64,000 bases of DNA, from positions 3,615-67,614 of the forward strand of contig JAFXGV010000048.1 of assembly GCA_017536765.1 (NCBI GenBank), read 5' to 3'. The translations under genes and the position numbers were made by a program. Position 1 is the stretch's first letter. The number at the start of each line of letters is the position of its first letter. The notes beneath the pieces are model-generated. The model was given only the letters and a program-made list of their open reading frames with translations. It did not search any database and was not told where the DNA came from. Shown here piece by piece: positions 26,815 through 35,308 of this stretch. This DNA comes from Bacteroidaceae bacterium. GTDB lineage: Bacteria > Bacteroidota > Bacteroidia > Bacteroidales > Bacteroidaceae.

Positions 26815-27603
26815 ATGAAGGAGATAACAGGCGAAGAGCTCAAGAAGATACAGGTGGAGATTCTCGATGACGTGGTAATGTTTTGCCAACGTCACGAACT
26901 GCGATACTTCCTTGCGTATGGCACCCTTCTGGGGGCTGTGCGCCACAACGGATATATCCCCTGGGACGACGACATAGACATACATATGCCGCGCCCCGAC
27001 TATGAAAAGTTTATTGAAATGTACAACAAGGAGCAGGCAAGAAACCGTGTGGTGTCGCCCGAAATTGACAAGCGCTACCGCACGGCATTTGCCAAAGTGT
27101 ATCGCAAGGGAACCGTTGTGCGCGAGTTTCACTTCAAGCCCGATGTGTTCGGCGTATATATCGACATATTCCCGCTCGACGGGCTCAAGAACCGTGAACA
27201 GGCAAAAAAGTGTGGCGAAATACGCCGCTTTATGCACGTGAAGAACTCAGTTTTCACAAGCGGAATGCCGCTGCTGCGCAAATTGCGCCTCGCAGTAACA
27301 AAAACCATTCTGCTGCCGTTCTCTATAAACGCGTTGCAAAGGAGAATAAAGTCCATAGCCACCGAAGAGAACTACAACGAATGCGAATATGTGTATAGCA
27401 GCTATTCCCGTCTGGCGGTAAAGGAAAAATTCCCGCGCGAGATGTTCGACAATTACAGAATGGTTGTGTTCGAAGGGAAGGAGTACCGTGCACCGCTGGA
27501 TTACGACCTCTATCTGCACACACTTTATGGCGACTATATGAAACTGCCACCCGAGGATAAACGTGTATCAACCCACAATTCACAAGCCTACTATGTGGAT
27601 TAG
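26815..27603 (+). CDS. licD: LicD family phosphotransferase
   Basis: YFLAYGTLLGAVRHNGYIPWDDDIDIHMPRPDY is the LicD signature. Start taken at MKEITGEELKK (26815). Confidence 0.88.
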   Translation: MKEITGEELKKIQVEILDDVVMFCQRHELRYFLAYGTLLGAVRHNGYIPWDDDIDIHMPRPDYEKFIEMYNKEQARNRVVSPEIDKRYRTAFAKVYRKGTVVREFHFKPDVFGVYIDIFPLDGLKNREQAKKCGEIRRFMHVKNSVFTSGMPLLRKLRLAVTKTILLPFSINALQRRIKSIATEENYNECEYVYSSYSRLAVKEKFPREMFDNYRMVVFEGKEYRAPLDYDLYLHTLYGDYMKLPPEDKRVSTHNSQAYYVD

Positions 27604-27645
27604 TCCGTGGCATGGCAATATGTAATAAATAAAAGAGTATAAGTT

Positions 27646-29469
27646 ATGCAAGCAATAATATTGGCCGCAGGGATGGGCAAGCGCCTGGGCGAATTTACCA
27701 AAGAAAATACCAAATGTATGGTGCAGGTTAATGGCGAGTGCATCATTGACCGCCTGCTCAAGCAACTATCAAAAATAGCTCTCAAGCGTATAATAATTGT
27801 GGTTGGTTACAAAGGCGAGGCCCTTGTAAACCACATAGGCAACCGCTATGCCGGTTTGAATATCGAGTATATCGAAAACCCTGTTTACGACAAGACAAAC
27901 AACATATATTCCCTCTCGCTTGCCAAGGAGCAGTTGCAGCAAGACGACACGTTGCTCCTGGAGTCGGATTTGGTGATAGACGAGCAGATGCTGCAACTGC
28001 TCACCAATGACAGCCGCCCCAACCTTGCACTTGTTGCCAAATATGAAAAGTGGATGGACGGTACAATGGTGTGCATTGACAACGACTGCAACATTGTGAA
28101 CTTCATTACCAAGGCGGCATTCTGCTTCGACGATGTGGACAAATATTACAAAACCATAAACATATATAAATTCTCAAAGGAGTTCTGCCGCACCAAATAT
28201 GTGCCTTTCCTCGAGGCCTATACAAAGGCAATAGGCAACAACGAATATTACGAGAACGTGCTACGCATTTTAACGCTGCTCGATGGTTGCGAGCTTAAGG
28301 CACTGCCCATAACAAACGAAAAATGGTACGAAATAGACGACAAGCAGGACCTTGACATTGCCGAAGCCCTATTTGCCGAGGAAAAGGATATTTTGCGAAA
28401 GTATTATGGCCGTTATGGTGGTTTCTGGCGGTTCCCCAAGATGCTCGACTACTGCTATCTTGTAAATCCCTATTTTGGAGAATCAAAGATACTCGATGAG
28501 ATGCAGGCCAATTTCCGCACCCTCGTTATGGAGTATCCGTCGGGATTGAAGGTAAACACCCTGTTGGCAAGCAAATGTTGGGGTATAAAAGAGGAGTATA
28601 TAGTACCGGGTAACGGTGCTGCCGAGCTCATAAAGGCACTTATGGAGCAGTTGCCCGGTAAATTGGGAATAATACGCCCCACATTCGAAGAGTATCCCAA
28701 CCGCCGCGACAAGAGCACGCTTGTCACATACATACCGCAAAACAGCGATTACCGCTATGGGGCCCGCGACATAATAGAATTCTTTGCCGCCAATCCCGTG
28801 CAAAACATACTGCTCATAAACCCCGACAACCCCACGGGTAACTTCATTCCCATCGACGATGTGAAGAGGCTTGCAGAGTGGTGCGAGGCGCAGGGCATAA
28901 GGCTTGTGGTAGATGAGAGTTTTGTCGATTTCAGCAAGGGATGGAGAGAGAACACTCTGCTGCACAACAATGTGCTTGAAAAATTCCCCCATATGATTGT
29001 CATAAAGTCCATAAGCAAGAGCTACGGTGTGCCGGGAATAAGATTAGGTATAATGTGCTCGGCCGACAAGGATATTATCTCGGGCATAAAACGCGATGTA
29101 AGCATCTGGAACATAAACTCATTTGCCGAGTACTTTATGCAGATATATACAAAGTACGAAGCCGATTACGGGCTTGCCTGCGACAAATTCATAGAGGAGA
29201 GGGACAGGTTCGAAGAGAGGTTGCGCAAGATTTCGTTCCTGCGTGTGATGCCATCCGAGGCCAATTTCTTCCTTGTGGAGGTGTTGCCCCCCTTCACAGC
29301 CAACAGGCTTGTTCTCACAATGCTCAAGCGGTTCAACATACTGCTGCGCGACTGTAGTTCCAAAGAGGGGCTCGACAACAAGCAATATATGCGCATAGCC
29401 GTACGCGGATATAACGACAACAACAGGCTGCTCCAAGCCCTTGAACAGACAGATGCCGAAAATGAATAG
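27646..29469 (+). CDS. fusion: sugar/alcohol-phosphate nucleotidyltransferase (N-terminus) plus class I/II aminotransferase-fold PLP enzyme (C-terminus, HisC/CobD-like)
   Basis: The N-terminus MQAIILAAGMGKRLG is the NTP-transferase signature. The C-terminal half has SISKSYGVPGIRLG, the PLP-lysine motif of the HisC/CobD group. Confidence 0.88.
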   Translation: MQAIILAAGMGKRLGEFTKENTKCMVQVNGECIIDRLLKQLSKIALKRIIIVVGYKGEALVNHIGNRYAGLNIEYIENPVYDKTNNIYSLSLAKEQLQQDDTLLLESDLVIDEQMLQLLTNDSRPNLALVAKYEKWMDGTMVCIDNDCNIVNFITKAAFCFDDVDKYYKTINIYKFSKEFCRTKYVPFLEAYTKAIGNNEYYENVLRILTLLDGCELKALPITNEKWYEIDDKQDLDIAEALFAEEKDILRKYYGRYGGFWRFPKMLDYCYLVNPYFGESKILDEMQANFRTLVMEYPSGLKVNTLLASKCWGIKEEYIVPGNGAAELIKALMEQLPGKLGIIRPTFEEYPNRRDKSTLVTYIPQNSDYRYGARDIIEFFAANPVQNILLINPDNPTGNFIPIDDVKRLAEWCEAQGIRLVVDESFVDFSKGWRENTLLHNNVLEKFPHMIVIKSISKSYGVPGIRLGIMCSADKDIISGIKRDVSIWNINSFAEYFMQIYTKYEADYGLACDKFIEERDRFEERLRKISFLRVMPSEANFFLVEVLPPFTANRLVLTMLKRFNILLRDCSSKEGLDNKQYMRIAVRGYNDNNRLLQALEQTDAENE

Positions 29470-30484
29470 AATATGTATATGTGGCGGCGGCTCTTTGGGG
29501 CACGTGACAGCCGGTTATATTGCGGGCAAAAAGAGTGTGCCGGTAGATATACTCACCCGCAACCCGGGCAGATGGTCACCGCAGCTCACCATAAACACCC
29601 CCGAAGGCGATGATTTCACTGCCTGCATAAGCCGCATAAGCGACGATGCCGCAATAGTGAGCGATGCCGACATAGTGCTGCTATGCCTGCCGGGCTATGC
29701 CATAAAAGGCGAATTGCAAAGAATAGCACCACACATAAAGCCCGGTACATTTGTGGGTAGCATATTCTCGTCAACCGGTTTCTTCTTTGAAGCCTTAGAG
29801 ATACTGCCCACCGACGTTCCTTTGTGGGGCTTCCAAAGAGTGCCTTTCATAGCGCGCACGCAAGAGTATGGGCATAGTGCAAATATACTTGGCTACAAGC
29901 CAAGCTACAACATTGCAGCAGTAAGGTGCAACGACGAGGAGAGAGAGTATTTCAGAAAAACCGTGGAATATCTTTTCGGTGCTCCCACCCGTATGCTCAA
30001 CAGCCATTACGAGGCGAGTTTCACAAACAGCAACCCCATACTGCACCCATCAAGGCTATACACGTTATTCGCCGACTGGAACGAAAATATTTTCTATGAC
30101 CACCAATTCCTCTTCTATGAGGAGTGGAACGATGCAGCCTCGCAACTGCTCATAGAACTCGACAAAGAGTTCTTCGGCATCCTTGCCAAGCTACCCGTGG
30201 CAAGCGACTATCTGCCCACCATACTCGACTACTATGAAAGCAGCGATGCACAAAGCCTTACACGCAAAATATCTTCCATAGAGGGGTTCAAGGGTATTAA
30301 AACACCTATGATTGAAACCGAGAAAGGATGGCAACCCGACCTCTCGAGCCGCTATTTTCAAGAAGATTTCATCTGTGGTCTGCGATTCATCTACGAAACC
30401 GCACACAAATTAGGTATTTCGACCCCCACGATAGACCGCGTATATACCTGGGGCTTCAAGCTTGCCCAAAAGGGTAGGGGGTAA
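29462..30484 (+). CDS. NAD(P)-dependent opine (octopine/nopaline) dehydrogenase-family protein
   Basis: Rossmann motif ICICGGGSLGHV at the N-terminus. Length and C-terminal helical domain fit the opine dehydrogenase family. The ATG at 29462 overlaps the upstream stop by 8 nt. Confidence 0.8.
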   Translation: MNRICICGGGSLGHVTAGYIAGKKSVPVDILTRNPGRWSPQLTINTPEGDDFTACISRISDDAAIVSDADIVLLCLPGYAIKGELQRIAPHIKPGTFVGSIFSSTGFFFEALEILPTDVPLWGFQRVPFIARTQEYGHSANILGYKPSYNIAAVRCNDEEREYFRKTVEYLFGAPTRMLNSHYEASFTNSNPILHPSRLYTLFADWNENIFYDHQFLFYEEWNDAASQLLIELDKEFFGILAKLPVASDYLPTILDYYESSDAQSLTRKISSIEGFKGIKTPMIETEKGWQPDLSSRYFQEDFICGLRFIYETAHKLGISTPTIDRVYTWGFKLAQKGRG

Positions 30485-30520
30485 TCGGCCTGCACCTGTG
30501 CTCCCCTGTATGTCTTAGAT

Positions 30521-30551
30521 TTTGGAAATCATTATTTTTAACGTATCTTTG
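30521..30551 (+). promoter_or_regulatory. candidate promoter TTTG-N19-TAtcTTTG
   Basis: TTTG at 30521-30524 and tatctttg at 30544-30551 match the remembered Bacteroides -33/-7 architecture. It would give a leader of about 280 nt before the ATG at 30843. A second -7-like box (tatatttg) sits at 30705-30712. Confidence 0.35.
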
Positions 30552-30842
30552 CAATTTGCAGATAAAAATTCCCATTTATATAGTTAATTATTTATAGATA
30601 CAAGTCCCTATTATTTCTGCACAATGATAAATGGGATGAAAAATAATAAACCTGAATAATTAACATAATTTAACAATGGGGAGGTGAAAGAAGCAAAAAG
30701 AACATATATTTGCCAAAAATTTGAGTTTTTTTGCGAAAATTATTGTAAATAAACACATTTAGGAAATTATATACAATAATCATAAAAAATTAAACATACT
30801 CGGAATAGAGAGATAGTGAAATTATAGTCGTATAAAATTATT

Positions 30843-32639
30843 ATGCAAAACATAAAGCAAGCTGTTATTTCAGCTATTTTGTTGTTTATCTCCATTCATA
30901 CAATTGCCGACGAGAAAACAAAGTCAAAAGAGCGTTGGGGATTTCACACAAATGTCATAGAATGGGTGATGACCACGCCAAACATTGGCGTGGAGTACGA
31001 TGTGGTGCATCGCGATACACGCAAAACATCTATTATGTTGTCTGGTAAATATAATTGGAATCTCGACCACGAATATAATGCATCCAACTCCAATCGCTAC
31101 ATATACAACAACTTGGGTTTGAAGGCTGAGTTGCGTTTCTACTTCAGAACAAGAGAGAAAGAGGGCTGGGAAGATATGTTGTTGAGAAACAAGAGCATAA
31201 ACGGTATTGGTAATAAGTTGTACATACGCAAAGGATTGCTTTTATCAAAAGACAAGCCCAGAACATATCGTGCCTATTACATTGCCCCCTACGTCAGCTA
31301 CGACAAGTATTCGATTAAGTTCGGCGACACGGGAAAGCAGGGAACTGCAATGTCGGCAGGTGTGTCATTCGGTTACAACACCCCTCTTTATCAATATAAC
31401 AACGGGCACGCAATAGACCTTGAGTTGGGTGCGAGCCTGGGTTTTGTTTATACAGGTTACGATAAGTTCAAATATAACAAGGAGGATGCTTGCTACACGT
31501 TAGCATCGGAAGAGCGGGGGCATCTTGTGCCTTTTCCCCTCATTACCGGTGTGCGTATGGGCTTTGTCTATCGTTACAAGTCCATTAGAAAACAACTTAA
31601 TACATATGACCGCACTTCGCTTGAATTGCTCCATAATATGTATGAGCTTAATAACGAGTACAACGAAGCCATTCCTAAATATTTCGATCCCACAACCAAT
31701 TATTACATCTCGCCCGACAGCGTGGCTGCTTGGAACAAGCACGTAAAAGAGCATAATGCTGTAGTACAAAAATTCCACCAGACATATGCAAATGCCGATT
31801 CCGCAGCTCTCCCCGTTGAACTTGTGCAAGCATATGGATATATCGACATCCCCAAAAACGGTCTCTCTAAATTTATAAGAAAGAGCCTGCCTAATAAGAA
31901 TATCACATCAATATCTGAACTTGATAACGATTATCTCAACAGTATTGTAAAAAAATATTCGGGTATCAAGGACGAGAACAGCAACAAGGATAGAGAAAAC
32001 TTTAACGAAAACATCGAGTCTGTAGAAACCGCTCTTATAACGGCCTATAAAAGTGAAAAAGAAAGAATATACACCAATACCGGCGATTCCACGCTTGCCA
32101 TCCCTATGCTGCAATACCTTATTAAAGCCATTAGTCGTGTAAACGATTGGTCGATAAGGTCTCATAACAAGAAGTATTTCATAAGTAAAAAGGGATACAA
32201 CGAGAGTGTTATTGCAAAAATCGTGCGTATCAAAAACACTGCAGATGACACTCCTAAGAGGAACAGTGCAATAAGTTTTCTTGCGCGCAAAGATACTCTT
32301 TATATGAAACGCAGCAATGGATACGAGCTCAAAGGTATGAATGCCGAGATAGAGATGTTCAATAAAATAAAGATGATGCAACTGCAAAACAGCACCATAT
32401 CGCCCGTAGCTGCGCCGGATAATGGGAATGGTGAACAAAAGGCCGGTGATGAAGCCAAGCCCACCGACGCCACTAACATTGAAACAGCCGTAACAGCAGA
32501 AAACAAGAACACCGGCGACGAGAATACCCCAAAAAGCGATGCCATCGAGGAGAATGCCAATGCCGAGGCCGTTGCCGAGAACACGGAACAAAACGGCAAC
32601 GAAGGGAGCGAGAACACAAAAGAAGCACCCAAGCAATAA
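30843..32639 (+). CDS. DUF3575-like outer-membrane domain with a C-terminal extension of about 350 aa
   Basis: Signal peptide. GFHTNVIEWVMTTPNIGVEYDV...LKAELRFYF...YYIAPYVSYDKY...GVSFGYNT...DLELGASLGFVYTGYDKF...GVRMGFVYRY matches the DUF3575 pattern. A helical region and an acidic N/E/A/T-rich tail follow. Confidence 0.8.
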   Translation: MQNIKQAVISAILLFISIHTIADEKTKSKERWGFHTNVIEWVMTTPNIGVEYDVVHRDTRKTSIMLSGKYNWNLDHEYNASNSNRYIYNNLGLKAELRFYFRTREKEGWEDMLLRNKSINGIGNKLYIRKGLLLSKDKPRTYRAYYIAPYVSYDKYSIKFGDTGKQGTAMSAGVSFGYNTPLYQYNNGHAIDLELGASLGFVYTGYDKFKYNKEDACYTLASEERGHLVPFPLITGVRMGFVYRYKSIRKQLNTYDRTSLELLHNMYELNNEYNEAIPKYFDPTTNYYISPDSVAAWNKHVKEHNAVVQKFHQTYANADSAALPVELVQAYGYIDIPKNGLSKFIRKSLPNKNITSISELDNDYLNSIVKKYSGIKDENSNKDRENFNENIESVETALITAYKSEKERIYTNTGDSTLAIPMLQYLIKAISRVNDWSIRSHNKKYFISKKGYNESVIAKIVRIKNTADDTPKRNSAISFLARKDTLYMKRSNGYELKGMNAEIEMFNKIKMMQLQNSTISPVAAPDNGNGEQKAGDEAKPTDATNIETAVTAENKNTGDENTPKSDAIEENANAEAVAENTEQNGNEGSENTKEAPKQ

Positions 32640-32678
32640 AGCAGATATTTATAATAAAGCAACAAGAATATTCATCTT

Positions 32679-33968
32679 ATGTTACGTTCATACATAAAAA
32701 ATATAATGCTATTATTTGTTGCAGCCCTTGCTGTAGTGGGTTGCGGCGATATTGAAGTGGAGCTGTGCCAATCGGACACCCACCCACACCTTGCTCCCGT
32801 GAATGTAGAATTTGTGTGGAACGAGAGTGCCGAATCGTTCAACCACGAACTCCCCGATTCTATGTACATACTAAGCTATCGCATAATAGATGCTTGGAAA
32901 AGCGGATATGTAACTACCGCCAACGCCACCGACAACAAAGGCCGATATGTATTCAACAACCCTATGGACGAAGTTGTGAAAAACGAAAGCAGTGGCAACG
33001 AGGCAACAGATGGCACAGACACACCCACCGACGACAATGAAACCTCTGACGGCACACCCGCCGACGGCGGTGATGCAACCGGCGAGGATAACAATTCCGG
33101 AGAAAATAACACCACTACAGAAGAGGCAGAGCCCTTTAATTTGAAACGTGGCGACTATCGTTTCATTGCATTGAACTATAGCGAGAATAACAGCACATTT
33201 GAATATCTTGGTTTTTCGCCCGATGCTATCAACGAGGCAATATCGAATAAAGAGTTTATAATAAAGTATCGCTCCTACAAACTGCACGATATCAATATAG
33301 ACAAGTTCGATAACGAATGGACCGATTTTAACAGATACTCGGATTATGTGCTGAGTAATGTGTCGTCGGTATATTATTGCTACACCGATGTTTACGAAAT
33401 ATCACCTAATGCCACCAATACCATTCAGATAACTCCCCAAAGCATTACGCAGGATATTGAAATACGTTTCACCGTGGAACGTCAATCGGTGGTCATCGAC
33501 AAGGTAATGGGCGAAATATCGGGTATTGCAAACAGCCTGAACGTATATACAGGCGAGGCCGATGCTTCGAAAACATACAAAATGTTGATACAACCGGTTG
33601 AGATAAACACAACCGCAACCGACGAAATGAACGGAGTGAACGAATATAGCGCAAAATTCTCGGTAACGGCTCTCGTGCGCAGCGAATCGCCCGATTTCAT
33701 CACAGGTGCGGGCATTATGCAACTTGCCATATACACACATACCATAGCCGACGACGGCAGCAAGAAAGAAAAAGTGCTTAATGTGGGCATAAACCTATAT
33801 AACACCATAAACGAGTATGGTAGAATCATATACAGGTACGAAAAGCCCATTCTGCTGAACATAGACAACATACTCACCATAAGCAGAGATAAAATACTTG
33901 AAAAAGCAGAAAGCAGCGACAACCTCGATTATTGGATTAATTACGAAGATATTGATATAGACCTATGA
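32679..33968 (+). CDS. lipoprotein, FimB/Mfa2-like (type V pilus anchor-like)
   Basis: Lipobox AVVGC, then CGDIEVELCQSDTHPHLAPVNVEFVW, resembling the start of Mfa2-family proteins. Carries an acidic D/E/T/G/N insertion of about 50 aa. Family call from memory only. Confidence 0.6.
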   Translation: MLRSYIKNIMLLFVAALAVVGCGDIEVELCQSDTHPHLAPVNVEFVWNESAESFNHELPDSMYILSYRIIDAWKSGYVTTANATDNKGRYVFNNPMDEVVKNESSGNEATDGTDTPTDDNETSDGTPADGGDATGEDNNSGENNTTTEEAEPFNLKRGDYRFIALNYSENNSTFEYLGFSPDAINEAISNKEFIIKYRSYKLHDINIDKFDNEWTDFNRYSDYVLSNVSSVYYCYTDVYEISPNATNTIQITPQSITQDIEIRFTVERQSVVIDKVMGEISGIANSLNVYTGEADASKTYKMLIQPVEINTTATDEMNGVNEYSAKFSVTALVRSESPDFITGAGIMQLAIYTHTIADDGSKKEKVLNVGINLYNTINEYGRIIYRYEKPILLNIDNILTISRDKILEKAESSDNLDYWINYEDIDIDL

Positions 33969-35275
33969 TGTTTGGAATTCTAAAAAGAGCGGCAACATTA
34001 TCACTTGTCGCAACACTTTTCGCTTGTAGCGAAAAATTTGAATCGGTGGACTACGATCCGGGATACAAAGACGAGCACCAATACGAAACCACGTATGACA
34101 AGGTGCCGGTTTTGTTGGCAATGAACAACCCCTATTACACTATGATAAGCCGTGGTGCCGGAGCCATTACGCCCGAGAACGGTTGGGTAAAACAGGAACT
34201 TACATACTATGTTTACTCATTCCTCACCAACAATTACATATACGATGGCCCCATCGACTATACGCAGAAGTGCACGCCGGATGCCGAAGAGAACCCCGAC
34301 CAACCCATACAGTGCCTTATGGACGATCCCGAGACAGGGCGTGGTGTAGCCTTCAAACTGCTGGACAACGAGATGCTTGACCAAATAGACAAGAATACCG
34401 AATATTTTTACAGCCAGTCCAACCAGTATTGCAAATACAATTTCTTTGCCTATGCAATAGACGATGCAAAGGTATTGAGTGAGGTTACACGCAATGTGGA
34501 TAATGTGCACTTCGACATTGAGATAGACGGAACACAGGATGTGATAACAGCTGTTGGCAAACCAATAGAGGAACAAATAGCCCAAATCAGTCCCACATCC
34601 GACAAGTTGCTATACTCAAACATCATTAACGGCGAGCTTGTATTCAGCACAGCCACAGGTCACCGTGGTATGTTTCCCAAGCTCGATGGCAAGCACTGTC
34701 TTTCTTTATTCCAATTTAACATAGTGGGCGAGGATGCATTAAGCGACAAAATATACATCGAGGAGATTTATGTGATGGCACACAAGCAGTGGCGTTTCAC
34801 CGTGGCTGCCGACGACCACACGAAACTTGGCCTCTCTATGCCCGAAGAAAAGAGCGAGAAGTTGGAGAAAATGGTTCTGCAGGAGATGACCGAGGAGCGC
34901 AACCCCGCAAGCGTGAAACCCTTGGCAAAGGGTGTATATCACGTAAAGAAAGATGAGAGGATAGACAACCTGGGTATGGGCCTGCTGTTGCCACCCCGCG
35001 ATAGTTACGACCTGTATGTACGTTGTCGTTATCCATCGCTCAACAGCGAAGGTAAAGAGGTAAACCGCTATTACACCGCCCGCTACAACCTTGCACACAG
35101 AGTGGTAGACGACAATGGCGTAATAGAAACCACTCCATTTGAGGCCGGTTCGCAGTACGATGTAACAATGCACATTTACGGCTATCAGCCCATACAAATG
35201 AGTATCGGTGGCCTTGCCTGGAGCGAGCCCATTGAAATTATCCTCGACGAGGACGACATAACCAACTACGAATAA
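33965..35275 (+). CDS. lipoprotein, fimbrillin (type V pilin)-like
   Basis: Lipobox TLFAC. SRGAGAI about 45 aa after the Cys resembles the pilin propeptide/first-strand region. The start overlaps the upstream stop (ATGA). Confidence 0.6.
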   Translation: MMFGILKRAATLSLVATLFACSEKFESVDYDPGYKDEHQYETTYDKVPVLLAMNNPYYTMISRGAGAITPENGWVKQELTYYVYSFLTNNYIYDGPIDYTQKCTPDAEENPDQPIQCLMDDPETGRGVAFKLLDNEMLDQIDKNTEYFYSQSNQYCKYNFFAYAIDDAKVLSEVTRNVDNVHFDIEIDGTQDVITAVGKPIEEQIAQISPTSDKLLYSNIINGELVFSTATGHRGMFPKLDGKHCLSLFQFNIVGEDALSDKIYIEEIYVMAHKQWRFTVAADDHTKLGLSMPEEKSEKLEKMVLQEMTEERNPASVKPLAKGVYHVKKDERIDNLGMGLLLPPRDSYDLYVRCRYPSLNSEGKEVNRYYTARYNLAHRVVDDNGVIETTPFEAGSQYDVTMHIYGYQPIQMSIGGLAWSEPIEIILDEDDITNYE

Positions 35276-35308
35276 GAGTATTTTAATTATTATTTTAATT
35301 TATCAATT

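Noticed and set aside
30570-30636. 10-bp inverted repeat (tcccatttat / ataaatggga) upstream of the envelope locus, as a possible invertible promoter
   Set aside because: The enclosed segment is only 47 bp, far shorter than known Bacteroides invertible promoters. No recombinase gene is nearby. A leader hairpin or chance in AT-rich DNA is more likely.
31908-32636. 242-aa minus-strand ORF
   Set aside because: It is antisense to the C-terminal extension of the DUF3575-like gene. The sense frame continues an N-terminal domain with a clear family pattern and signal peptide.
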